Assembly: GCA_051362555.1 (NCBI GenBank)
Contig: CM120649.1
Span: 3,348,001-3,412,000 of the forward strand
Origin: Lingula anatina
Taxonomy: Eukaryota > Animalia > Brachiopoda
DNA length: 64,000 bases
Reading direction: 5' to 3'
This document shows, piece by piece, positions 34,498-47,747 of this stretch (its first letter is position 1; the number at the start of each line of letters is the position of its first letter). The notes beneath the pieces were generated by a model. The model was not told the DNA's origin, did not search any database, and was given only the letters and a program-made list of their open reading frames with translations. Both the position numbers and the translations under genes were made by a program.

Positions 34498-34679
34498 ACA
34501 CACATATAAAACACAAATACCAGGGAAAATATTAAACTCAACCATACTTGCATATCTTCAACGTGTCTGGCACATCCAACCACCACCATACCACTCTTAA
34601 CCAGAGCACGTGCAATGGCTGCTCCTATCCCTTTCGATGCTCCAGTTACCAAGGCAACGCGTCCTGTCCAACGATCCAT
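13652..34679 (-). CDS. DHRS11: DHRS11-like SDR copy B, 7 exons, Maverick in intron 1, catalytic Tyr replaced by His
   Basis: Exons 34548-34679, 16484-16687, 15468-15562, 14953-15082, 14567-14641, 13996-14061, 13652-13693 have the same lengths as copy A and stay in frame. The motif reads HTPTK (CAT at 15037-15039) instead of YTPTK. Confidence 0.8.
15715..16053. mobile_element. TTAA-targeting MITE (Kolobok-like), copy 2
   Basis: TIR AGGGATAATAACT/AGTTATTATCCCT with TTAA on both sides. The paralogous copy A intron has the empty site (TTTTAAGTATC, ~4438). Confidence 0.8.
17114..17677 (+). repeat. Left terminal inverted repeat (564 bp)
   Basis: Reverse complement of 33841-34403, with one indel and about 8 substitutions counted by eye. 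Confidence 0.93.
18031..18224 (-). CDS. Candidate alternative terminal exon: TM helix plus tail ending ETDL
   Basis: Polypyrimidine tract and CAG acceptor at 18225 (phase 1). Encodes GLASAVGSLITLGLVVAVYK...GAVETDL*. Minus-strand AATAAA at 17966-17971. Confidence 0.55.
18372..18986 (-). CDS. Spliced type-I membrane glycoprotein (Maverick accessory gene), 176 aa
   Basis: TATAAAA ~80 nt upstream. Exon 1 18860-18986 carries signal peptide MLYKTVILLILLCVG; 84-nt intron G|GTAAGT...TTTAAAG; exon 2 from 18775 is in frame. Contains Cys residues, three N-glycan sequons (NDS, NAS, NVS), an S/T-rich stalk and TM IIVVVLIAMSTAILIFLLLFLI. Confidence 0.75.
19140..19800. repeat. Degenerate ~200-260-bp direct repeats between divergent accessory genes
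   Basis: GAATGTAAAATTGATACACTTGTCACATGTACA at ~19148 and ~19408. AAACGTGAACGATTTGCAAGGCGG, GGACTTACAAAA and CAGACACGTTTCG recur 2-3 times. Confidence 0.7.
20009..20453 (+). CDS. 51-aa acidic microprotein from three coding exons plus a non-coding fourth exon
   Basis: TATAAAAA at 19930. Exons 20009-20062, 20222-20281 and 20412-20465 (stop 20451-20453), with phase-0 coding junctions and GTGAGT/GTAAGC/GTGAGT donors. Last exon from 20717 with AATAAA at 20749. Protein: MILKIVLDDGTILAFRLEEERATEDFGVLEYEEYQIVEVALLQEEVQVVEL. Confidence 0.7.
21473..22222 (-). CDS. Tandem PC4-like ssDNA-binding domains plus CxxC...HxC motif, 249 aa
   Basis: Two repeats resemble the PC4 C-terminal signature (KIRFNAIVWAQFKRHVEEIEEAL; VIEMAAVDWLAFLRLFPKIDEAL), followed by CNGCQIDHPSQLQHTC. 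TATA-like element ~22267. The fold assignment is inference. Confidence 0.6.
   Translation of the reverse strand: MATFLPFGTSFCATVCYNRQNEILMVLTDKARRKIRFNAIVWAQFKRHVEEIEEALLKEQTLAVPFCDCYTLSVDGIKSPVKISYTQGDSVPTVIEMAAVDWLAFLRLFPKIDEALGKRQDRLTSTAIINLIYTYFLTRKIVRLRAENCNGCQIDHPSQLQHTCIEPVWSVSVYQYIEEAFQHVSSGVMLRAYEFYCSVKHLMDDPYIFAVIERIAQNREKMIHEVIAADGFQQPEDALKSCFDHVYEL
22302..22990. repeat. 68-bp tandem repeat array with an embedded ~140-bp duplicated block
   Basis: Unit CTGGAATATTCCTTTTATCTTCCGAATTTCAATAGAAAATTCCGTAACACAATACTAAGAAAAGAGAT starts at 22501, 22569 and 22637, with further copies at ~22302, ~22857 and ~22945. Confidence 0.9.
23001..23221 (+). promoter_or_regulatory. ATPase promoter (AP-1-like TGACTCA, TATAAATA) and 5'-UTR intron
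   Basis: TGACTCA 23001-23007; TATAAATA 23023-23030; donor AG|GTAAGT at 23153; acceptor TTGTAG at 23221, 20 nt before the ATG at 23241. Confidence 0.6.
23241..23888 (+). CDS. A32/FtsK-like DNA packaging ATPase
   Basis: Walker A GPSGAGKT, Walker B LLILDDL, HHNNVSIILITH, RTISLN and PYSYLFID are typical of Polinton ATPases. The first ATG is 23241. Confidence 0.92.
   Translation: MDLSVKLPLSMVINGPSGAGKTTFLQNFLRYSDLMTDHAFDNIIFAYAVWQEAYDQIEKEVPKHVTFIEGIPSDEQLEEIYDAKKYSLLILDDLFSESFENPKIKHIFIRNSHHNNVSIILITHSLFPKEKHARTISLNMQYLVLMKSPRDQSQIRALSHQVSLQNSKKFIDIYKDATSKPYSYLFIDFRQTTPEEVRLRTNIFPGETHYVYLPV
23925..24245 (+). CDS. Small basic Polinton protein of unknown function
   Basis: Intact ORF between the ATPase and the next ORF, Lys/Arg/Leu-rich, overlapping the downstream start. 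Confidence 0.7.
   Translation: MKSESTNTFMPHLKFLSIADRRLTKSVIENSPNTLIRNLCNLASNLLRNTEYRLTAQERNKLSHLKSLVLKLVEKQRSLKIKKKILAKNPSLVKAIVQPVLRHVSV
24232..24897 (+). CDS. Polinton hypothetical protein (putative core protein), 221 aa
   Basis: KKMVII N-terminus and YDDRGSLIYDGETIQNTNIIDLI / PAGWSIFLKGL motifs, recognised from Polinton ORFs. Ends with QTGMG. AATAAA at 24931. Confidence 0.75.
   Translation: MSAFKKMVIIDETELNALRRKSNADYSPLQDEVLRKQNELSSVMQREDLPFDKRMKIYNELQNEYMQIARKKQPIPVTIENTPTSANENAEPSKRFIDTQILESIPARMRNKANNMLRLIAKHPTLLSYDDRGSLIYDGETIQNTNIIDLISELYVSRKRKFTPAGWSIFLKGLKRINLPSTLISNTLRREEFLSLPSHTSKNKKKPQTGMGNKFTSFNIY
24955..25449 (-). CDS. Adenain-like cysteine maturation protease
   Basis: FIGVFSSD, IVNT, GEHW (His), FFDSYG (Asp), LQ...SVVCGYY (Gln/Cys). 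Confidence 0.92.
   Translation of the reverse strand: MNNRQLDCIMKSDPISCKHFIGVFSSDTLPQYISTYPAGLIVNTAKYHEIGEHWVSIYVSNDGSAEFFDSYGRHPSYYDNNFTRFLNNNSTRGWSYNSKVLQDRLSVVCGYYTIYFLSQRFRGKTMREMNANFSNDTNFNDYLVYDFVNRNFIVSPRYCKSQLK
25452..26759 (-). CDS. Major capsid protein (double jelly-roll; Polinton PY-like), 435 aa
   Basis: ELDLF, PVNNTLHSLFS, YAYRAYLENLL, LLLNNVDIRIKL, NPFNF and FGFDLSPD motifs; size and position next to the protease fit. Confidence 0.9.
   Translation of the reverse strand: MESVVRTELDLFSNIRDAFQVQIEHSSVEELRPVNSVTDTSPVIEFLIVGNADEYIDPNNIVLYLETQVVKNDFSDLDIGQDTAPVNNTLHSLFSNVEVELNGTVITESNNTYAYRAYLENLLFHGSSAKKSWLTNEAWYTDTPGLFDLTDVSGDPANEGLKRRYSLFQRSRKCEMMGKIKCDFFQQPKLLLNNVDIRIKLRRSEHSFCLMSGTTSKDEKMLIKSISLFARRVKVSSRLKAAHETMLMNNVACYPIMRREVKIINIPNNVRSAFLDNIYMSKIPRRIFMGMVTDASLSGQYDLNPFNFKHQNLRSLRLTVAGEQIPLKPYNLDFDTNEGLNYIRPFNDLVSTIEPEDADRDVSLSREAFNAGNTIFGFDLSPDQSHQPYSSPMRQGSLGVSLEFTKPINNSVLVVFAEFDSVIKIDNRRSVYVEP
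26765..27067 (-). CDS. Small highly basic core-like protein with QxGxG motifs
   Basis: YYQNQAGEG and RQKGGG motifs; K/R-rich C-terminus; lies between mCP and MCP. Confidence 0.7.
   Translation of the reverse strand: MDPVYTALLKYYQNQAGEGIINKFHGRQKGGGARHAVVLRMGEKPARHAKEKTRKRKLYVSSDVITKTMNGMSIKRDVKAKKGRRVKKRTTKHISAKTNF
27070..27798 (-). CDS. Minor capsid (penton-like) protein, 242 aa
   Basis: FHITLPSNSS, YEVALTEI, LYVYTDII...VGD...LLRIV and VVTLHFR are characteristic Polinton mCP motifs. Confidence 0.88.
   Translation of the reverse strand: MASSFHITLPSNSSFNFFPGNRPEAFRTKLSSSLYLHGQYEVALTEILYCKTWNNVENSSLNYFDGQKPQTLWLSNGYYPHVNDLLTAIHNGMSAQGQINIRFAFNIITKKVTVHLKAGASVHFSGSIGNMLGFDNVNISKDTTATKPANTTDDFDSLYVYTDIIKPQLVGDTSANLLRIVPIKGEFGETITHSFDSPIYVPLISNELSTIKIHITDDTGEFVQFQGRKTVVTLHFRRKNLL
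27838..28944 (-). CDS. Retroviral-like (rve) integrase with C-terminal chromodomain
   Basis: WQADLAD, LTVIDIFSKFAW, LQSDAGTEF, VERLNRTLK (D,D,E); chromodomain YRVEKIL...VKWEGWPSKFNSWVP. The first ATG is 28944 (the track start at 29004 is TTG). Confidence 0.95.
   Translation of the reverse strand: MKRRQAGKSKGQTDDYLKKIYYDPSNPASFGSALKLYEATRRDKKKIGLKQIKEFLAKQDTYTLHANVRKRFRTNRVLVGRTDQQWQADLADLGKISKYNKGYKYLLTVIDIFSKFAWVVAIKTKTADSVLEAFKKILAEGRKPAILQSDAGTEFTNRKFQAYLKEQGISFFTTKSERKSSVVERLNRTLKSKFFKYFTANSTLTYIHALDQLLTGYNAAKHRSIGMSPTEASKEKNSDAVWNKLYGGKKLEKPKFKFNVGDTVRLSKHRSPFAKGYEQGWTQELFTITQRLNRSPPVYKVADYDGEEIEGVMYGPEMIRVVKKDDVYRVEKILKSRGKGKSKVHFVKWEGWPSKFNSWVPASRVKAV
28955..29440 (-). CDS. Single-BIR inhibitor-of-apoptosis-like protein, 161 aa
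   Basis: RILSFLNWP...LAISGFY...DAVLCFNC...LRDW...EHERHSPHC matches the BIR consensus with a complete C-C-H-C zinc ligand set. No RING domain. Confidence 0.88.
   Translation of the reverse strand: MDDSKVFTDCVLEDKPLFFRTPYCKEEDRILSFLNWPGKLLINPIPLAISGFYRDQDASNTDDAVLCFNCRVSLRDWDPLRDAVDVEHERHSPHCTMNTVEKRLANPLNVPLTPEKRRELVQLFVANERKPNYTPSTVKTLLNIGFDEVDKNPMQRTYRLF
29441..29593. promoter_or_regulatory. Bidirectional promoter for the BIR/integrase and pPolB genes
   Basis: 153-bp gap between divergent ATGs, with CCAAT boxes (~29494, ~29521) and TTATATAG at ~29552. Confidence 0.5.
29594..33730 (+). CDS. Protein-primed family B DNA polymerase with N-terminal C2H2 zinc fingers and a nuclease-like insertion, 1378 aa
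   Basis: Exo motifs FDIEC, GFNSGRYD, YNNKDV; Pol motifs YDANALY, KLIGNSGYGK, MDTDS. Two N-terminal C2H2 fingers and a third CSRC...HERTC. Internal VDGF...YHGCYFHGH...EMWECEW segment. Confidence 0.96.
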   Translation: MAQYKCEVCGASFNRTSHLKRHRLTHTKDKNVACPECGKTFARRDTMNRHLRLHPGTSTSSSEEPETSSTVKKPRIQRGSGAAGRVVMPDNLLPPDVDPSVAEAYGTHWNSIRTRSSRGNKLQDWYNIRLTTLQPDALRDDLERILEDQRTAFKINVSYGFFLRNNETGQLRYYHPSSNNHCFLEAPAVIRHRQDLDGFFHNITARDVLECARQERPNSKWVVDTVTNATFYVTKLKGHPIGCGIDLPSFVLNNRGLVALQKNNRGKTYHDNLCLFRCLALHKGSSVRGLETTTKKLFDKYRESKRKCKRKGFQGVALHRLHKVEALFEVNIVVYELQQNEDGDVFAELVRRSTGKYNDTMSLNVHENHFSYIRDVGKYCHSFCCSRCSKMFKSKHMLSRHERTCDVLVEHRFPGKAYAPQPTVFDLLEDEGIFVPEEDRYYRYRATFDIECLLPRTEDPQHSEKLSLEHEHRFLSVSVCSNVPGHTKPECIVSEDDPALAVQQFLEILQNISRAAEKLLTNKFAWIFEKLNEKIEQNIQKTIQESEVVEEDEETLTNKHYLSKLSRRFSQYLMELPVLGFNSGRYDLNAMKTLFFPLLLDTLKFVVKRNNNFMVLKSERLKILDICNYLAPGCSYSQFLKAFECAESKGFFPYEWMDSLDKLECPNLPPREAFYSKLKQSNITEDDYAECQRVWHENHMQTMRDFLEWYNNKDVEPMLEAVEKMFAFYLERGIDMFKDGISVPGLTLKYLFQNVGDAFFTLFDDKNSDLYYLLKNAIVGGPSIIFHRYHERNKTFLRKVTSEAPKLCKKIVGYDANALYLWCLMQPMPTGTFIRRREESEYTREYSHPRGREATMWLDWVAHSSNIRIRHQFNGTEKRVGYRQLPVDGFCRETQAVYQYHGCYFHGHRCHLNRNKDGTYKEINDTKKVTMESLRIETEINSEYIRECGYDLVEMWECEWKKLQRESEEVKHFVTQYTLPTEHKYRLTFGEILDAIRNDNLFGFVECDVEVPPELRPKFSEMPPIFKNTTVSRDDIGPFMKRFAEENRIMSVPRRSLIGSFFGEKIVLATPLLKWYLNHGLRVTRIHQVVEYTPKACFEHFGNSVSDARREGDRDKTKAIVADTMKLIGNSGYGKTVTNKEKHRDVQYCGEAKASQKVNSHRFRRLDKICENAYEVELNKKIIKFDLPLQIGVMVYQYAKLRMLEFYYDFMLKFVDPSDFQYCEMDTDSAYIAFSAESLEEVVKPHMRAQYEAEKHLWFPRTDTPEHEAYDKRTPGLFKAEWVGDGIVGLCSKTYYCFGENTDPKFSCKGVNRNSNNTDKSKYLDVLLNKQSGSGVNRGIRLFNNTMYSYLQHRDAFSYFYSKRKVLEDGVSTEPLDI
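33841..34403 (-). repeat. Right terminal inverted repeat (563 bp)
   Basis: Reverse complement of the left TIR, ending ACTACT followed by TSD CACTTT. Confidence 0.93.
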
Positions 34680-34784
34680 ACCTTAAACATACATCATACT
34701 GCAATCATTTAATCCAAATACCCATCAACCCACGAAAAGAGGGGGGGAGACACGGAGTATGAGGGATGCCACAATACTTATGAC

Positions 34785-34786
<2 letters not shown>

Positions 34787-34829
<43 letters not shown>

Positions 34830-34863
34830 GAGGGGGGGAGAGAGAGAGAGAGAGGGGGAGAGA
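34787..34863. repeat. (GA)n microsatellite upstream of SDR copy B
   Basis: Seen directly. Confidence 0.9.
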
Positions 34864-36716
34864 ACCACATCTGATTCATATCCACACACTAGTGAACTTA
34901 CTGGTTCAACATTTCTTTTTTTCGTATCCTCAATAAACAGGGAGTGTTATTACTGAAATAGAATCATATCGCTATGACCATGGGCCACCAAAATACCTTT
35001 AAACTGTGTAGAAGGTGACTTCCGCTGCACTGGAGTCTTTGCCTCAGCGTGTTTACCTTTACTCCTATGATATCTGGGTCAACACCTGTAGCATTTCCCA
35101 TTGGGTAAAAAGCATAACGGCTTCTACAGAATGGTGATATTTAAAAATAGACCAGAGATTACAATTGCGGTATGTGTCCCTGATGTGGATGTGCTTGCTG
35201 TGACAACATTTTTAAGAAGACCTTAATACAGTATCCTACATATATTCCGCCAGAGTACCGTTTTAATAAAAGTATGCATATCAAAATATGCTAATTGTTT
35301 GTCTAAAAGTGAACTGAACTTTTAGATTCAATATTTATCCCTTTTGTCTGCCATTTAGCATGCGATATGTGCCCTTAGATATACAGATGCTGCCATCAGG
35401 ATGACAGACAGAGGGGAGAGAGAGAGAGGTAAGAGATATGTGAAAAAAAACGTGCACGATTATTTCATCATTGCCATACGTTGTGTATGTAATAAAAGTT
35501 CGAAACTTATTTTTGTTCTTCATTTTTAGTGTACCCTGTTCTTTACTCCCGTTTTTTTTTTCTGTTCTATATTTAAAGTCAGTTTTGTTCTTTTGTCATA
35601 TCTTTTTTTTCAGCCTTATTTTCTTTATTTATGCGTTATTGTTTTCTATTGGCAAATAGTCTCGGCCCTAACCTGCTCACTTTTCTTCATTAATTCAGCA
35701 CGTCATTCACATTTCCAGGTAAATTATTTCTTTTTATCTTTTCACTGCGTTTGTATGTTATGTTATTTAACTTTATTCAGTTAATTGTTAAAACACAGAG
35801 AAAAACTTCATCAGCTGTGTTATGTTATAAGAATAAAGTAATTTTTCCTCAATCAACAGCTAAATATTGAAAAGGTTCTTAATGATAAGTTAGTATTAAA
35901 TTATCATTTATTTACAAGCATACTGCAATTCACTACTCTATATACATGTATATACGTATTAAACACTGTACCATGAAAGTGCCATCTGTATACGTGGCCA
36001 CATGTTTCCAGCCAACAAGAGCTCGCCTACCCGAAGGCCATATCTTGGATGAGTAAGCAGCCCATATAATGACACGAAAGTGTTGCAAACAAACTTTGTA
36101 TTGATAAACTTGTAGCTTATCTGACTATCTTGAAACCGAGGATCCTGACTTGGCAATCTGAAAACCCCATCGTTGGACGTGGCTGCATTGGCCCATATTT
36201 TGATCCAACTAGTGCATGCATGCTCAAAGGCAATGTCTTGGATAAGTTCAGTGTAATCACCCCATTTAACGACACTTAAATGTTACAAACGAACTTGGTG
36301 TGTATTGACGTGTAGGTTATCTAAATGACTGGAGGCCAAGGACCCCACACCTGGGTTGAATGATACTGGAGTGCAGTTAGGGGGACGCTGCAAACAGGTG
36401 GTTGGAAGCTGTAAAGGAGAGACGTATACTGGAAGGAACGGTGAGCAAGGAAGGTAAAGTAGGGTTTGTATAAATGAATAAAATATCTCAAACTTTCCAA
36501 TGATGTATTTAAATGTTGAAGAAGATATATTTCCAATCACGTGTGAACAAGTGAACCTCAACAGAGACCAAGGTACTAACATAAGCTGAGACTAACATAA
36601 GGTATTTAAAATAATATAAAATATGAAGTGATTTTTTTTTCATTATGAGCATTATATTATTTATCATTATAATATTTTAAATCATCCAATGATTCAAAAG
36701 AAATATTTCAGGAAAG

Positions 36717-42472
<5,756 letters not shown>

Positions 42473-44115
42473 TTTTTGGTGTCAGAAATGTTTTAAAACT
42501 GACCCGGAGGAAGTTTTCAGTGTTTGAACTTATTAACTGTAATTAAAACGTAACATTCTACTGGTAAGGACAAGCAGATCTAGATGGCTAATATAATTGA
42601 CATAAATGTATCTGGAATTAGATGAACAGGGTGATGTATTGCAAGATTAATGGAATCAAAAAATATGTAACAAGACACATTTAAGTACTGGGCAGCATTG
42701 AATTTCGTATACTGGTAACGTGGATATCTAACTTCAGGTTATCTTTTAAAGGGGGGGGGTATGATAGTTATGAACCAAATAAATCGTTAATTGAGTGATT
42801 TGTACGCCAATTTTAATACAGTAAAGGCTATAATAAACAAAATGTGGGGTCATGAATATTCAGTTTTGCTTGAAAGAATAAAACGAAGATTATCTTGGCT
42901 GTGCCCTGTGTAAACTTTTTTCAAATGTTACCGTTTAGATAACAAATGGAATGATGTTGGTAGAATTAACTATCATGTTTAAAGCCGTGTAAAACGCTGC
43001 CCCCACCCTCATTGCTGTTTTGTAGCTTCATTATTCCATGACACTACGTGCACTGTGCGTTTTTTGCTCTGCCAAACTATCAGACATAACCCCGTTTTAA
43101 ACTATATCAACACGTTATCAAATTTACATAATTAAATACAAAATATATACCATAATTAAAAACAGTATCGGTGCTTGAGGCAAAATAAATGCAGTATTTC
43201 TGGTTTTGAAGAGTTTGAATAGTGCGCTAAAAGCTTTAACCTCACCGGTGAAATCAATATCGTCACCTCAAATGCATTTCACAAAGAACACTTTTTCCAC
43301 CTTGTTGGCTACCGTAAGAGCGCCATCGCAAAGGTTGAACCTGTACATAACATTGACATTTATTCTTTGGAACATCCGTGTAATGAATATTGACCATTCA
43401 GATTTCTTTACGTTTTTCATAATACAAATCCAAAAAATGTACATCCAAAAAATGGCTTAACTTTTGTCTGTTTGTACATCCAAAAAATGGCTTAACTTTT
43501 GTCTGTTTGTATATAAACACGCACACCCGCAAGCCTCGTTTCAATCACTGCAAATGTGTCGCTCAATATATAGAAGAACGGTGGCAAGGTGGCGTACTCA
43601 TGCACAGTACTGTAGATCACCTCATCCAGAGTTTCGGCTCGACATTGAACGCGTACAGTGAACGTAGTAAATTGTGGCCTACTACATCACGATGTGTGGC
43701 CTACGGCCTCACGCATGGTCTATTCTGCTCTTTTAGTGTAAAACGTTTCCTTTATATCTTATTTAATATTCGTGGCATGATGAACCATTCAAGATTACAA
43801 CGCCTCCTCCTGGCGTTAAGTAGAGGTGTTTTTATTTTTAAATCTTATTGCACTCAGCGAGAGTCCCTAAGTTGGAATGAACTACCGGTACGTACATGTA
43901 GCAGGCGCATGCAGATCCACACCGCCTTCGAGCGGGTTCTAGAAGCTGGACGGTAATTTTCAAGACTATGATGCCAGCCCTACATTTTGAGTTATCCAAA
44001 TTGGCGATCTTAGTACAGTATCTCCTGTCAGTCACGTACACCCAGTATGAGTTTGAGGTTGATGTCTCAATCCACAGCTGTCACTAAAGCTTATTAGATT
44101 GCGTACCTGGCCCCG

Positions 44116-44213
<98 letters not shown>

Positions 44214-44522
44214 TAAGTCAGGCCCTAGTTTCACAAAAAAAAAAAAAAAAAAAAAAATTAAGTCAGGTTCCCTGGCTAAGAACTTAATTACCAAGGTTAC
44301 AAGGTCACATGGGCACATCTCACCCTGTCAGGAGCAGTGTTACATCACTCTCATGGAAATACTAGTCAACTAAACCAGGGAACTGACTTAAGTTTTTTTG
44401 TGAAACTGGGGCCAGGTTCCCTGGCTAAGAACTTAACTACCAAGATTACATGGTCACATGGGCATATCTTACCCTTTCAGGAACAATGTAACAGCACTCT
44501 CTTGGAAATCCTAGTCAACTAA

Positions 44523-45284
44523 GACCGCACTCACAACGATTTGAGCCAGGCTTTACAAATCCTGGGGACTAAATATGGCGGACGTACATGAAAGGAAAAA
44601 CGCCTAATCTTTTAATAGTCTCTCCGCCTCTCACACGCCTCCCCACACGTCGTCCCTGTGGGGTACAGTCATTAAATCTCGGCTCCGTTCGCCATGTGGA
44701 AGCTACCTGAGAAAAAGAAATAAATTGGCCCGTAGAGCAGCTATGAATCGGGATCAAAATCGTGAAAACACCCCCCCCCCCTTCCAGTTCGATCAGGCGT
44801 AGGGAACAAGGCAAACATCAGCATCAGAACGAACTGCGCCCTCTGACGAGACTGCATACGCAAAAATTCTGCCCTCCTCCTTCTTCGTCTACTGGGGCTG
44901 GGTATCTCTGGTGACATCATCTCCGTAGAAAGCCGATTCATTGCTGCTCTACGGGCCAACTCATTTCTTTTTCGTCTCTGTTTTGAGAGATAATAGAACA
45001 GAAGAGCTTTTTTTTTCTTTTTTCCTTCGATCGCCCCCAGCCGCCATGCTTTCTTCACCTCGAGTTTAATTGATGAGCATGCGCACTTAATATTTCTCAG
45101 GTAGCTTCCGCATGGCGAACGGAGCCGAGATTTTATGACTGTATCCCGCAGGGACGACGTGTGGGGAGGCGTGTGAGAGGCGGAGAGACTATTAAAAGAT
45201 TAGGCGGTTTTCCTTTCATGTACGTCCGACATATTTAGTCCCCAGGATTTGTAAAGCCTGGCTCAAATCGTTGTGAATGCGGTC
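44523..45284. mobile_element. PIF/Harbinger-type non-autonomous element with ~190-bp TIRs, TSD TAA
   Basis: GACCGCACTCACAACG...GCTACCTGAGAAA is inverted at 45093-45284 and flanked by TAA/TAA. Nested among GGCCC(C/T)(G/A)GTTTCAC-type TIR remnants (44109, 44221, 44413, ~46023). Confidence 0.75.
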
Positions 45285-45353
45285 TAAGTTATAGATAAAG
45301 TACGAGGCGCTGAGCTTTACGAGAAATAGAGCAGATAATTGGCGAGGCGAAGC

Positions 45354-45620
45354 ACACTCTATTGTAAGTCGAAGTTGCCCAAAAATACAAAAGAAATGCT
45401 GTCTTCATTGTTGACAAACTCTGTTGTAAGTCGAAGTTGCCCCCAAAAAACAAAAGAAATGCTGTTTTCATTGTTGACACACTCTATTGTAAGTCGAAGT
45501 TGCCCCCCAAAAAACAAAAGAAATGCTGTTTTCATTGTTGACACACTCTATTGTAAGTCGAAGTTGCCCCAAAAAAGCAAAAGAAATGCTGTTTTCGTTG
45601 TTGACACACTCTATTGTAAG
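45354..45620. repeat. ~63-bp minisatellite, about 4.3 copies
   Basis: Unit ACACTCTATTGTAAGTCGAAGTTGCCCCAAAAAACAAAAGAAATGCTGTTTTCATTGTTGAC. Confidence 0.9.
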
Positions 45621-46240
45621 CTATAAGGTACTCAAAAATCCAAAAATCGAGTAAGCCAAAGTTGCCCACCTCTACTCATAAAGGTGAACATATTGGGAGG
45701 GGTGCAGAAAAAACTGTTCGTAGATTTAACAATTATTATAAAGAGTCCTAGCTTTCATTTAATGTTCAGTTGTTGTTCAGGTTTTGTCCTGATTGATACG
45801 TGGTCAGTGTTCCTCTCTTAAGAGATTATATCATAAAACCAAACTTTTTAGAAAAAAAAACAGGGACTAACTTTGAATGTAGATATGGATTCGTTAACCA
45901 TTGGTAAGTATGGGAAAATTGTTGTTTACTCAAGCAAAATTTATTTTTTGGCCAAAACGAACAGTTATTAACCCCTTTGAACTTAAGACGCAGGCCACTT
46001 ATTGTGCTTGGTGAAACAGGCCCCTGCTTGAGAAGCGTTTCGAAAGTGCGGTGGTTGGGACGAGACAATTGTGTTAGGTGAGACAGTTCAGTGGAAAACT
46101 GCACGTCACAGCTGATATGCAGCAAAGGACATGTATACATTGTAAGAAAGATGTACACGTAAATTAATAAATATATTAATAAATTAATAATTTTTTTAAT
46201 GTATGAAATAAATAATAAAAAAACAAAAGATACATGCATC

Positions 46241-46308
46241 CGCCCAGAAGGGGAATTGAACCCCGGTCTCTCGCGTGATAGGCGGGGATAAATACCACTA
46301 TACTAGTA
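46241..46308 (-). pseudogene. tRNA-Asp-derived pseudogene or SINE head
   Basis: TAGTATAGTGGT...TATCCCCGCCT-ATC-ACGCGAGAGACCGGGGTTCAATTCCCC follows tRNA-Asp(GTC), but the anticodon reads ATC and the acceptor stem is broken. Confidence 0.7.
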
Positions 46309-46482
46309 CTATCGAGTCAGGGGTCATTCTAAACACTATGTGGCATCTTTATAAATACATTTATTGTTTTTATTTGTGTCACTTATACAATCATGGTCTT
46401 CGATGAATAAAAATTATCTTGAAAATCGTTATCTTGAAAATCAGGTCAATCGAAACACGTGTACCGATAAATAATATATATA

Positions 46483-46712
46483 GGGGAGACCGGGGCTAGT
46501 TGGGTAAGTGGGCCCCCCATCAATTTATGACAAAGTAATTATGGGGTAAAATAATTGATCACATCACGTTGTAAAGTGACCGTATCCAATAGTGCTAAGA
46601 AAGCGTCAGCAGTGAGTCCAAATGAAATAATTTAGCATCTTAAAGTAATTTAATTAAAGAGACTTGATGGGGGGCCAACTTACCCCGGGGTCCAACTAGC
46701 ACCGGTCTCCCC
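46483..46712. mobile_element. MITE with TA TSD (Tc1/mariner superfamily-like)
   Basis: TA|GGGGAGACCGGGGCTAGTTGG...CCAACTAGCACCGGTCTCCCC|TA. Confidence 0.75.
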
Positions 46713-47747
46713 TACGAGTACAATAATTGACTATGGGAGACGTCATTTCTACAAATTATTGATCCGAAGCATATAATGACTTTTTTTATGAAACTTTTGT
46801 TTAAATGGTATTTTAAGCGTTAAAGCTCTTTGACATACAAGTACATGTATTTGGCAGAAACGATTAGTGGCCGGTTAAAATCTTTGATTTACCGCAGAAC
46901 ATTATTGAGAAAATAAAATAAATAAAAAATGATAAAAACACTTACTGTTTACATTCATGTTTCAGCTCTTGATGTTCGTCATCAGTAAGCATGCGTCCCA
47001 TGTGCTTTTACTAATAACTAAACATATACTAATAAAAGCATCATCGCCAATATCTAATTACTGTTAGGGAAGCACATTTCTAACCTGACCTTAACTTCTA
47101 CTCAAAATCCAAACACAACTTTTTGATTTTGGTTGGTAACAAACACGCTATCAGAGTAACAGACCTTTTGGCGAAATGAAAACGAAATAAATTTGAATAA
47201 TAATAGATGCCAGGTATTTACCGTTATGATATACCTGTAGATATAAGCTGTGAGCGGAGATAACTACATGTTAATCAAAACACCGAACTGAATTTATTAT
47301 GTCTATCACGAGTCATATTTTTAAAAAAAGGTCAATTAAAACAAATTGAAAAAACCGTCCACGTAAATGAAATCAGTGTTAAATAAACTTACTATTTCAA
47401 ATTTTAACTGAACGACTATTCGCCAAAGTTCATCATCATGACTATCATCACTACTGCATTGTCCATCATCCGAGACGTCCTTCACTTTCCTCTTATTAAC
47501 TTTATGAAATAGCTTGCCATGTTCAATCTGAAATAATCATTACAATATTATATATATTCATAAATTTAAATTAATGACAGACCTTTTCTTCTGTAAGTGA
47601 AGTTTGACGGAGAAAAGCAATAATAAGTATTTGTCCTCGGACCAAAAATGCTAGAGATATTAGTCCCCCCGACATAAAATCTCAGAAATTGTAGTCCCCA
47701 GGACGTAAAATCTCAGAACTTGTAATCCTCCGGACCTAAGATACCAG

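Noticed and set aside
35959-36582. Possible decayed retroelement or coding fragment upstream of the P450
   Set aside because: No motif could be identified with confidence.
43206-44041. ORFs of 65-149 aa downstream of the P450
   Set aside because: No recognisable domain or splice structure; probably old TE debris.
45354-45620. CRISPR-like array or repeat-protein ORFs
   Set aside because: Plain minisatellite; the ORFs arise from the repeat period.
46241-46308. Functional tRNA with ATC anticodon
   Set aside because: The acceptor stem does not pair; best read as a decayed tRNA-Asp.
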